From Promethearchaeota archaeon (lineage in GTDB: Archaea > Asgardarchaeota > Lokiarchaeia > Sigyniarchaeales > SOKP01): DNA of 64,000 nt. A program made the position numbers and the translations under genes. Below the pieces are notes generated by a model. The model made no database searches. It saw only the letters and a list, made by a program, of their open reading frames with translations, and was not told the DNA's origin. The DNA is taken from contig JAEOUA010000006.1 of NCBI GenBank assembly GCA_016839555.1, positions 64,001 to 128,000 of the forward strand, written 5' to 3'. This document shows positions 9,666-18,865 of the stretch, piece by piece. Each line of letters starts with the position of its first letter. Position 1 is the first letter of the stretch.

Positions 9666-10181
9666 ATGGTAAATCTTTTTGATTATTTGCCTTATCCATA
9701 CGGAATAATAATTTCTATAGGTGCTATTATCTTTGCTACAGTATCAATGGAAGGTGTAGCATGGTTTCTTCACAGGTACGTGATGCACCAATTTGGTTGG
9801 TATCTTCATGAGGACCATCATCGATATACAAAAGGAAGATTCCAAAAGAACGATATTTTTGCCTTGATTTTTGCGATATTATCAATAATATTAATTATTC
9901 TTGGATTAAGAGTATACAATCTTCTCTTCTGGTTGGGAATGGGTGTTTCTATATATGGTTTGGGTTATTTTCTCTTTCACGATGTATTATTTCACAAGAG
10001 GATAAAAAATCACTATCGACCAAAAAAAGAGTATATGAAGAGAATATTCGATGCTCACTCATATCATCATCAAACTACTAATTCAAAGGGATCGGGGGGA
10101 TATTCATATGGTTTCCTCTATGCTTCTAAGAAATATAGCACTTTAATAAAAGATTTACAAATAAAAAAGAAGAATGTATAA
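9666..10181 (+). CDS. crtZ: Beta-carotene 3-hydroxylase (non-heme di-iron, fatty-acid-hydroxylase superfamily)
   Basis: ME..AW..HRYVMH..GW..HEDHH, F..ND.FA, YFLFHD...H.R, AH..HH, YGFL. Confidence 0.9.
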   Translation: MVNLFDYLPYPYGIIISIGAIIFATVSMEGVAWFLHRYVMHQFGWYLHEDHHRYTKGRFQKNDIFALIFAILSIILIILGLRVYNLLFWLGMGVSIYGLGYFLFHDVLFHKRIKNHYRPKKEYMKRIFDAHSYHHQTTNSKGSGGYSYGFLYASKKYSTLIKDLQIKKKNV

Positions 10182-10187
10182 TAAAAG

Positions 10188-11810
10188 ATGACCGAATCAA
10201 AAAATGATGATTTTTTCTTTAATGTAGGTATTGATTCAATGGGTTTCTACACATCAAAGTATTACGTGGATCTGAGAGATTTAGCTGAAGTTAGAAATGT
10301 CGATCCAAACAAGTATTTAAAGGGTCTTCTGACAAAAGAAATGCGTATTCCAGGACCCGGAGAAGATATTGTAAGTATGGCGTTAAAAGCCGGCCAAAAT
10401 GCTTTGATGAGAGGAAATATTGATCCAAGTGAGATCGATGCCATATTCCTGGGTACAGAAACGATGACATACGCTGTGAAGTCTGTATCTAATATTCTTG
10501 CAGAAATCTTGAACACTTCACTAAATTGTATAACACAAGATGTCTATAATGCATGTGCGGGTGAAACTCTAGCAGTTTTAAACGCTATAGGACTCATTAA
10601 TAACGGAATAATCAATAAAGCACTCATTATCGGAGCAGATATTTGTAGTTATGAGTTGGAAAGCCCTGGAGAGCCTACTCAAGGAGCGGCAGCGGCAGCT
10701 GTAGTCATTACCAAAAATCCTCGAATAGCAAAATTTGGCAAAAGATTTGGAAAATTTACTGCTAACATAAATGACTTTTACAGATTGCCTTATGAGGATC
10801 ATCCTGTTGTGTTTGGGCAGTACTCTATAAATTCATATATTAGATTTCAGCAGGGAGCATTTGATGATTTCTTCAAAGAAGTGGATTCTATTATACCCGA
10901 TTATTTAGCTTTCCATTCTCCTTTTGCAAAATTACCCTTAAAAAATATCCAGAACTTACTCCTCACTAGATGGGACATATTGAAAAAAATATTACTCGAG
11001 AAACCTATTAATACTGCATCTTCGGTAAAAGTCCAAGAAGAGGCTGTCGAAAATGTGATTAAACTACTTGATAATGTTTTAGAGCCCCTAAATGAAAAGG
11101 AAAAGTTTGTCAACGTCAATGAGATAAAAGAAAAATTACTTAAGAGTATCACACATAAACTCCTGCCAAGTCTCAACGTCCCAATGTCTATCGGAAATAT
11201 GTATTCTGCATCTATATGGTCTCAATTAATTTATCTATTGGAAAGTGTGGTAGACAAAGATGATTTAATATATTTTGGATCTTACGGCTCAGGAGCAACT
11301 TGTATTTCTGGTATGCTGAAAGTTATGCCAGAAGTTTCAGAATTCCGCAAAAAATATCCAACAGTGAACAATTTTATCCAAAATAAAGAGCGTAAATCTA
11401 TTGAAGAATATGAAAAATTAAGAGACAAAAATGATGCTCAAGAAGTTATTTATGCCCAAATTGAACCACACCCTACCGAAGAGAATCATTTTATCGTATT
11501 AAATATGTGTGAAGGAGCTTGTATATCATCAAAATTGAATGGATTAGAGTTTTGTCCAAAAGGGAGACACGAAACTTATCAAAGAAAGCTTCCTTTATAC
11601 GCGGTGGTAAAAGAAATTCCTCTCCAGAATATTGTTGATGAGGATCTATTCAGTTCCTCAATAGTGAGAGTATCTGAAGATGTTAAAAAAGGTGATACAG
11701 TTGAATATAACCTTCTTCGAGCCGGAAAAAATGAATCTATGGTTTGCATAGAGAGTGGTTATATTAATTGGATTCCTACCTACAAACCGATCACTCATCC
11801 ACTCACATAA
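10188..11810 (+). CDS. mvaS: HMG-CoA synthase with C-terminal Zn-ribbon/OB-fold (DUF35-like) extension
   Basis: GTET, catalytic NACAG, GEPTQGAAAAA, FHSPF, GNMYSAS, SYGSGA; extra ~120-aa C-terminal domain. Confidence 0.88.
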   Translation: MTESKNDDFFFNVGIDSMGFYTSKYYVDLRDLAEVRNVDPNKYLKGLLTKEMRIPGPGEDIVSMALKAGQNALMRGNIDPSEIDAIFLGTETMTYAVKSVSNILAEILNTSLNCITQDVYNACAGETLAVLNAIGLINNGIINKALIIGADICSYELESPGEPTQGAAAAAVVITKNPRIAKFGKRFGKFTANINDFYRLPYEDHPVVFGQYSINSYIRFQQGAFDDFFKEVDSIIPDYLAFHSPFAKLPLKNIQNLLLTRWDILKKILLEKPINTASSVKVQEEAVENVIKLLDNVLEPLNEKEKFVNVNEIKEKLLKSITHKLLPSLNVPMSIGNMYSASIWSQLIYLLESVVDKDDLIYFGSYGSGATCISGMLKVMPEVSEFRKKYPTVNNFIQNKERKSIEEYEKLRDKNDAQEVIYAQIEPHPTEENHFIVLNMCEGACISSKLNGLEFCPKGRHETYQRKLPLYAVVKEIPLQNIVDEDLFSSSIVRVSEDVKKGDTVEYNLLRAGKNESMVCIESGYINWIPTYKPITHPLT

Positions 11811-11889
11811 TTTTAAAGATTATTTAAGCTTATTTGCTACAACTCGAGGATCAAAACCGAAAAAATCGCAGAAAAAAATAAAAAAAAGT

Positions 11890-12993
11890 TTATATTCGTT
11901 TAAATTCTATTTTCCTTTCTTCTATCCATTCTTTTAGAGAAGAACTAATTACAACAGGGGCTTTTTTTAATTCATCAATATTTTTACTCCCAGTTAATAG
12001 CATTGTAATTTTTAATTCTCTAAAGGTTTGTTCAATAAACGTTTCTATGGAATCCTGTCCTTCTAACGCAACCATAAGAAATGGTCTAGCTAAGGCTGCA
12101 AAATTTGCTCCAAGCCTTAGTGCTTTGGCGATATCAATTCCACTTCTAATTCCTCCGCTGCCAATTATTTGAATGGATGAAGGTCTATTTACCACTGACT
12201 TCACCTCAAGGATACTAGCTGCCGTTGGAATCCCCCAATCCCAAAATAGTTTGCCTAATTCCCTTTTAGATACTTCCCCATATTTTTTTGCTCTATAAAA
12301 TTCCACAGCCACCCAACTAGTTCCTCCTACCCCAGACACATCAATAATATTAATTCCGATATCAAACAATTGTTGAGCAATCTCCTTAGAAATTCCGCAA
12401 CCCGTTTCCTTAATCACTATGGGAACATCTAACTGATCCTTGAGCATTTGTATTTTTTCAATTGCTCCAGAAAACATATTATCACCTTCAGGTTGAATGA
12501 CTTCTTGAATCACATTGAGATGTATCGCTACAGCGTCCGCATCGATATTATCTATAATTTCTTGGACATACTTAAAACTTTCGGAGGTTGTAATTTGAGC
12601 GATTCCAATATTTCCAACGATAGGTATGTCTGGAGCGCATTCTCTTACCACAGAAAAAGAACTTTTTGTTTCTGGATGCTTAAGGATAACTCTTTGACTT
12701 CCCACCATCATTGGGATTTTATATTTTTGAGCCGCTTTTGCAAGTGAAACATTAATTTTTTTTGTCAATTCTGTTCCACCAGTCATTGCTCCAACGAAAA
12801 CTGGTGCTGTTATTGATTTTCCTAAAAATTCACAAGAAAAAGTAAGATCATCTAAATTTAATTCTGGTAGGGTATTATGCACGAATGTGACATGCTCAAG
12901 CCAAGTTGTTTGGTTGCTTTCAACTTTCTCTTGACTTACGAGTAAAATATGTTCATCCTTTCTATTTGTAATTGGAATTTTTCTTATTTCCAT
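11890..12993 (-). CDS. fni: Type 2 (FMN-dependent) isopentenyl-diphosphate isomerase
   Basis: RKDEH, AMTGG, VGSQR, HLN..QE..QPEGD, KETGCG, GGTSW, WGIPT, SGGIR.G.D. Confidence 0.95.
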   Translation of the reverse strand: MEIRKIPITNRKDEHILLVSQEKVESNQTTWLEHVTFVHNTLPELNLDDLTFSCEFLGKSITAPVFVGAMTGGTELTKKINVSLAKAAQKYKIPMMVGSQRVILKHPETKSSFSVVRECAPDIPIVGNIGIAQITTSESFKYVQEIIDNIDADAVAIHLNVIQEVIQPEGDNMFSGAIEKIQMLKDQLDVPIVIKETGCGISKEIAQQLFDIGINIIDVSGVGGTSWVAVEFYRAKKYGEVSKRELGKLFWDWGIPTAASILEVKSVVNRPSSIQIIGSGGIRSGIDIAKALRLGANFAALARPFLMVALEGQDSIETFIEQTFRELKITMLLTGSKNIDELKKAPVVISSSLKEWIEERKIEFKRI

Positions 12994-13230
12994 ATATATA
13001 CACTTTATAAATAAAGGTGGTATTTAGTATTAAATTTAAAATTTCTAAATCACTTTATCTTTTTTAATTTTATGTAAATATTTTAGTAATAAATCAATTA
13101 TTTCTAAGCGTTTATTTATTTAGGAATTATATTCTTAATTTTATAGAAGAGGAATATAAAAGAGAGAATGGGAAGTAATATTCCTTTTATAAAAAATTTT
13201 GAGAAGGTAGGATTTACTAGGAAAGTTTTT

Positions 13231-13341
13231 TTACTTTACTAAAGAATAGTAAGGTTCCTTAATCATATTTTCTTCAAGGAAAAAATCCAAAATTTCTTTG
13301 AATTTTGTCCCGCTAATTCCCGTTTCTAAACTGATATCTCG
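13231..13341 (-). pseudogene. Remnant of a winged-helix DNA-binding protein
   Basis: Start-less reading frame RDISLETGISGTKFKEILDFFLEENMIKEPYYSLVK*, HTH-like; in-frame stop two codons upstream. Confidence 0.4.
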
Positions 13342-13560
13342 CTTTTAATACAGTACTATGCTTAAATAACTTCTAATAAACGCTTTTAAGATTCAGAATA
13401 TTTTATTTTTTTCTATTATTATATATCAAAATTAAAAATTTGCCAATAAAATTAAAATTAAGGTTTATATTTTAAAATTATGAATAGATTGTATTATCTT
13501 ACTAGATAAAATGTTAGAATATTATCTTAAAAAATCCTTAAAAAAAATAATGTGATAAAA

Positions 13561-14310
13561 ATGAAAAGATTGGTGCTTTTAAGACACGGAGAGAGCCTCT
13601 GGAATAAGGAAAATAGATTCACCGGTTGGACGGATATTGATTTAACTCAAAAAGGATATGAGCAAGCAAAAGAAGCAGCGAGAAAATTAAAGGAAAAAGG
13701 ATTCACTTTTGATATTGCTTACACTTCATTTCTTAAAAGAAGCATTAGAACATTATGGATTGTTTTGGATGAAATGGATTTGATGTGGATTCCAGTCTAT
13801 CGCTCTTGGAAGTTAAATGAACGCCATTATGGGGCACTTCAAGGATTATATAAAACAGAAATCGCGAAAGAATTTGGGGAAAAACAAGTACTCATATGGA
13901 GAAGGAGTTTTGATATTCCTCCTCCTGCTCTTAAAACTACAGATCCACGATTTCCCCAATATGAAGAAAAATATAGAAATCTGGATTTGGAGGATATTCC
14001 TTTAACAGAATCTCTTAAAGACACTATTGCTCGTGTTCTTCCATATTGGAATGATATTATTGTCCCAAGTATCAAATCGGGTCTTAAAGTTTTAATATCT
14101 GCTCATGGGAATAGTCTAAGAGCAATTGTTAAAATTTTAGATAATATCCCAGATGATGAAATTATCAAATTAAATATCCCGATAGGGATTCCTCTCGTGT
14201 ATGAATTAAAAGATACCTTAGAACCAATAAAGAGTTATTATTTAGCTGAAGAGGAGGATTTAGAAAAAGCTATTAAAGAGGTAGAAGATCAAGGAAAAAT
14301 AAAGAAATAA
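13561..14310 (+). CDS. gpmA: 2,3-bisphosphoglycerate-dependent phosphoglycerate mutase
   Basis: [41 protein letters not shown]. Confidence 0.96.
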   Translation: MKRLVLLRHGESLWNKENRFTGWTDIDLTQKGYEQAKEAARKLKEKGFTFDIAYTSFLKRSIRTLWIVLDEMDLMWIPVYRSWKLNERHYGALQGLYKTEIAKEFGEKQVLIWRRSFDIPPPALKTTDPRFPQYEEKYRNLDLEDIPLTESLKDTIARVLPYWNDIIVPSIKSGLKVLISAHGNSLRAIVKILDNIPDDEIIKLNIPIGIPLVYELKDTLEPIKSYYLAEEEDLEKAIKEVEDQGKIKK

Positions 14311-14462
14311 CACAAAATAATGGAGCTTTATAAAGGTTAATTTTTACATTCCTTTTTCCCTAAAAATTTATTTTTGCATTATGTTTTTTATTTTATATCA
14401 ATTTTTCATATCTTTTATATAGAAAGAATTAGCGTATGAAATATTTTTGTTCTTTTGATCAT

Positions 14463-15098
14463 TCAGCCCTTTGATGCGACCCATTTATCTTGAAAAATAA
14501 TTAGATATAAAGTGATGATGATAGTCATTATCATGAAAAATATAGTATCAATTAACCATGAAAGAGTCGCAATTAAAAAAAACAAGCCTCTATTTCCAAA
14601 CATCCAATGATTTTGAGCCGATATGAAAGCTTTTTCTGCAATATCAATTGCTTTAAATTCTCCTTTAGAGTATTTTATCGCATCTCCGCTCAAGAGGATG
14701 CTTACTCGGACAATATAACGTATGGAAAGAATGAAATTGAACAATGAAAAAAATGCAATTATACTATTTACTCCCATCTGGACAAATCTTAGAGGTAAGA
14801 ATTCTATGCCAAAAAAGGGTGTTTTGGTAAAAATTGCGGCGTTGTACACCCCAACCAATATTCCAATAAGAACTAATAATCCAGAAATAAATGTAGCATT
14901 GCCCATGATAAAATTTCGCAAGGATTGAGTAGCGTATAATAAATTTTCATCATTAGCCCTATTTTTCACCCAATTTTTATATACTAAATTCAATGTAGTT
15001 CTCTGAGAGGGTTTGCCTCGCCTGGATATTATTATTAAAAGGATTAAATATCCTACTAAACAGAATAAAAATAAGATAAGAGCGATTTCATCAAACAT
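14463..15098 (-). CDS. DUF599-family membrane protein
   Basis: W.....Q.LRN.IM...F pattern, ~4 TM segments, G.R..FF near the C-terminus. Confidence 0.65.
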   Translation of the reverse strand: MFDEIALILFLFCLVGYLILLIIISRRGKPSQRTTLNLVYKNWVKNRANDENLLYATQSLRNFIMGNATFISGLLVLIGILVGVYNAAIFTKTPFFGIEFLPLRFVQMGVNSIIAFFSLFNFILSIRYIVRVSILLSGDAIKYSKGEFKAIDIAEKAFISAQNHWMFGNRGLFFLIATLSWLIDTIFFMIMTIIITLYLIIFQDKWVASKG

Positions 15099-15287
15099 TT
15101 TTTCAAAAAACTATAATTTTAATTTTTTTATTTTTTATCACTTATTATATGTTTTATTTAAGGAAGGTTTAAAAATCTTAATGAATTCAAAACTAATTAT
15201 CTATCAATTTAGAATTTAAAGTGATTAAATATTTTAATTAGCACCATTTTAATAGTAATTACTTTTATTTCTGTAATTCTTTTAATT

Positions 15288-16673
15288 GTGACAGGAAGGC
15301 TTAATCGAGCAGTGGCATCTTTAGGTGGAGCTCTCATCTGTTTTTTTGTCTTAATTTTTTTAGAGCAATATAAATTTAGTAAAATTTTCGATTTGTTATT
15401 TGGGACCGTAAGAGATGGATTTGCCAATTTCCATAGTATTAGTTTAATTTTAGCAATGATGTTTATCGTTCAGATTACCCATGAATCAGGATTATTTCAA
15501 TTCATTTCAATAAGTCTTATAAAATTATCAAAAGCTAAACCTATTTTGCTTATGACTTTTTTCTGCTTAATTACCCTATTAATTTCGGCTATATTAAATA
15601 ATATTCTAGCTGTTATTATCTTAATACCGCTCACCATAACGGTTTCTCGGATTCTAAATATAAATCCCTCTCCATATATTCTTACTCAAGCAATATTAGT
15701 TAATATTGGAGGAACTTTGTTTTCTATCTCTTCTATTCCAAACATATTAATAACTACCTATGCAAAAATAAGTTTTATCGAGTTTTTTCTAAACGTTGGG
15801 ACACTTTCTTTAGTCGTGTTTGTATTTACTTTAATATTTTTTATCATGCTCTACCGAAGAGACCTAGTCATTCCAAGAGAAAATTTAGATATTTTAATTG
15901 AGTATAATGTATGGAATTTTGTTCAAAATCGAAATCTGTTATATAAATCAATGATCTCATTTATAGTATTATTTTCCCTCTTCATTATTATTCCCCCAGA
16001 ACTTTTAGCTCCAGATATCATCGCATGGATTATTGCAATCAGTTTAATACTAATAAGTAGATTAAATCCAAAGGAAATCTTTTCTAAGGTTGACCTGGAA
16101 TTGATCCTTTATCTATTAGGTATTTTTATCATAGCGGGAGCTTTAGAATTAAGTGGAATTCTAAAATTATTTGGAACCTTAATTTCAAACTTGGGTGAAG
16201 GCGATTCCTACATTTTATTAATTTTAATCTTATGGATTTCTGCCTTATTAAGTAGTAGTATAGATAACATCCCTATAACAAAGGTCTTAATACCTGTGGT
16301 TGGGAATATACAAAATCTTAATTCTGAAGCATTGAGAACGCAATTATTTTATAGCTTAGCTATAGGAGCTAATTGGGGCGATAATTTAACACCTCTTGGG
16401 GATAATATTTTAGTAATGAATATTTGTGAGCAAAATAAACGACCCATATCTTTTAGCCAATTCTTTCGATTAGGATTTTTCACCACAATTTACCAATTAT
16501 TAATCATAACAGTCTATTTTACAGTAGTATTTAAACCAATCCTAGGAATTGTTTTAATTTTTATAATATCGTTCTTAATCATCATATGTTATGTATTTTT
16601 TAAAATTAGTAGAGATAAGTATAAATCGATTGAAAATTTATTTATTAAAGTAAGAAAATTTATCGTGGGGTGA
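15288..16673 (+). CDS. ArsB/NhaD/SLC13 (CitMHS, P-protein-like) ion transporter
   Basis: SAILNN, NIGGTL..I.S.PN, SS.IDNIP, GANWGDNLTPLGDN; frame open upstream to 15225, encoding another hydrophobic helix. Confidence 0.85.
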   Translation: MTGRLNRAVASLGGALICFFVLIFLEQYKFSKIFDLLFGTVRDGFANFHSISLILAMMFIVQITHESGLFQFISISLIKLSKAKPILLMTFFCLITLLISAILNNILAVIILIPLTITVSRILNINPSPYILTQAILVNIGGTLFSISSIPNILITTYAKISFIEFFLNVGTLSLVVFVFTLIFFIMLYRRDLVIPRENLDILIEYNVWNFVQNRNLLYKSMISFIVLFSLFIIIPPELLAPDIIAWIIAISLILISRLNPKEIFSKVDLELILYLLGIFIIAGALELSGILKLFGTLISNLGEGDSYILLILILWISALLSSSIDNIPITKVLIPVVGNIQNLNSEALRTQLFYSLAIGANWGDNLTPLGDNILVMNICEQNKRPISFSQFFRLGFFTTIYQLLIITVYFTVVFKPILGIVLIFIISFLIIICYVFFKISRDKYKSIENLFIKVRKFIVG

Positions 16674-17317
16674 TAATAATGGTTTTTAAAAGCATTGAAA
16701 GAATTAAAAAAGCTATTCCAGAAATAGTACATGTTGCTATGTTTTATAATAATGGAACCATTTTTAACACAACCTTTGAACAAGAGATTAACATTCCAAA
16801 AGTGGGGGAAAATCTCGCTAGGATGTTAGACCGCTTTAGAAGATTGTATGAACTATTAAATTTTGAACATAAGGATTATAAAAAAGTAATTTTAGAAACA
16901 GAAGATGTTTTCACTATCGTATTAAAATTAGGAGAAGAGAGTAATATTGCATTATTCTTTAAAGCTGGGGATGTTAAAGATATCAATATCAGTTCGATAC
17001 AGAGATATTTAAAGAGAATAGAAGAATTAATCGATATGGATAAGAAAGAGCTTTTATTACAAGATGTACTTTCTTTGGAAAGTGAAATCAAGAATTTGGA
17101 ATCTGAATTAACCAATAAAAAGGAAAGAATTGGAGATTTAAGATTTCAATTAAAAGCGTTAACAGAGGAGGAGAGAGAAAAGAGAGAAAAAGAAAGTGAT
17201 ATCATCAAGAAAATTGAGTCTATCGAAAAGGAATCTAATAGTATCGAACAAGAAATTTCGCAGAAAATAAGTAAAAGGGATAGCTTAAGAAGTGAAATAG
17301 AACATCATTCAATTTAA
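16670..17317 (+). CDS. Roadblock/longin-like N-terminal domain plus C-terminal coiled coil
   Basis: Helix-beta-beta-helix-beta-beta-beta-helix pattern (IVHVAMFYNNGTIF...KVILETEDVFTIVLKL...IALFF), then heptad-rich E/K region; overlaps the transporter stop. Confidence 0.5.
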   Translation: MIIMVFKSIERIKKAIPEIVHVAMFYNNGTIFNTTFEQEINIPKVGENLARMLDRFRRLYELLNFEHKDYKKVILETEDVFTIVLKLGEESNIALFFKAGDVKDINISSIQRYLKRIEELIDMDKKELLLQDVLSLESEIKNLESELTNKKERIGDLRFQLKALTEEEREKREKESDIIKKIESIEKESNSIEQEISQKISKRDSLRSEIEHHSI

Positions 17318-17387
17318 ATGTTATATTTGTAAGGAATTGAAGGTTTTAATATATCATAAAAAGAAAAAAAATAGAATATGATTAATT

Positions 17388-18629
17388 TTATAAATATTTT
17401 TCAAATCTTTTAGTAAGCCAATTAATAGTTTCTAAACTTTTCTTATGATCGGGGCCTTCTATATTCATTAATCGTAGAAAAGGCATTACCATATCAAAAA
17501 AGATATATTTTTTTTGGGAATCCTCATCATTCTCAAGAATTCGATCAAATTTTTCAGTGAAATCCTTTCTTAACGATTGCAATTGCTTATATTGCTTTTC
17601 TGTTATGAAATATAGACTCATAGAGGTCTCTAAAATCGTGTTGATTATATTAGAATACATTTCTGAGGATTTTGACTGCTTTAATGATAAAAATGTTAAG
17701 GCAGTAAGTCCTTGCTTACCCTTTGGAAAATCTTCTATGAAGGTTTGCAAAAGTTTATTTAGCTCTTCATATATTGATAAAAGAAATACTTTTTTTCTAA
17801 GTTTCATCCTTAATTTCATAATATCCTTTCCTGAACTTGTATCAAAAGATTCATATGTGAAAATCTCTGGATTATATAGAGATTCTTTATTTAAGGCATA
17901 ATATTGTTTATCAATAGAACCCGGCGTTATCTCATATTCTTTTGTATATGATTGTATAATACCCAAATATATTAACCTTCTTGTATACCGAGACATAGTT
18001 GCCTTACTTTTCTTAAGATAATTTGAGATTTCTGCTAAGCTTAATTCTTTATAAGTAGATAAGAGCATGATTATCTTCAGGTTTAAGTCGTTCTTAAATA
18101 ATTCTAAAGCTTTCAAATCGATAAGAACATCTAACATCTTATTGATTGCTTCTTTAAATTCTTTAGTCTTGTTCTCTGAAAGTTCTACATAACTAGTAGC
18201 ACCCTCATTCTTAGCAAATTCTATATAATCCCTTCTGTTTGTAGTTTCTTTGCTTTCTGATTTATTTTTCTTATTGGCAATCAGAATAAAAGGACAAATG
18301 TTATCAATATTTTCCCTAATGTTTATTAATTCTTTTTTGCAATACTCAAATGTTTTAGGATCTGAAGGATCAAATATCAAAATAGCTGCATTTGTTCCTT
18401 CGAAATATTTACTGTGTAAAAATTCAAATTTTTTATCTGCTTTAAAGTCCCAAAATTGAAGGAAGTAATCATTACCATATCTATTAATTTTATGTTTATA
18501 AAACTCAACTCCAATCTTATCTTTTTGATTAATAAATGATTCTAAGAATTCATTAAGTAATGAAGTTTTTCCAGCATTCTCTTTACCTATAATGATAATT
18601 TTAAATGGGATTGCGTCCATTTCTTTCAA
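17388..18629 (-). CDS. Rab-like small GTPase domain (degenerate) fused to a winged-HTH regulator domain
   Basis: GKENAGKTS, IGVEF, LQFWD, YFEG, LIFD, ANK; then LKIIMLL...LSLAEISNYLKKSKATMSRYTRRLIYLGII. Confidence 0.8.
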   Translation of the reverse strand: MKEMDAIPFKIIIIGKENAGKTSLLNEFLESFINQKDKIGVEFYKHKINRYGNDYFLQFWDFKADKKFEFLHSKYFEGTNAAILIFDPSDPKTFEYCKKELINIRENIDNICPFILIANKKNKSESKETTNRRDYIEFAKNEGATSYVELSENKTKEFKEAINKMLDVLIDLKALELFKNDLNLKIIMLLSTYKELSLAEISNYLKKSKATMSRYTRRLIYLGIIQSYTKEYEITPGSIDKQYYALNKESLYNPEIFTYESFDTSSGKDIMKLRMKLRKKVFLLSIYEELNKLLQTFIEDFPKGKQGLTALTFLSLKQSKSSEMYSNIINTILETSMSLYFITEKQYKQLQSLRKDFTEKFDRILENDEDSQKKYIFFDMVMPFLRLMNIEGPDHKKSLETINWLTKRFEKYL

Positions 18630-18865
18630 CTCTTTTATGTGTTAAAATTTTTATTGTTAATCTCATTTTTTTTATTAAAATATTATTTCAAAATGATCAT
18701 ATAAAATAAGGTTACTTTCATATTTAAGTATTTGCAACATTTCATAGATTACCTTTTATGGAACAAAGTAATTATTTTAAATTTATACATTCAATTAAAA
18801 ATATAGAATAAAATAGATCAAGATGTTTTATTTCTTAGAATCGACTTTCTAAATTCCGAATAATA

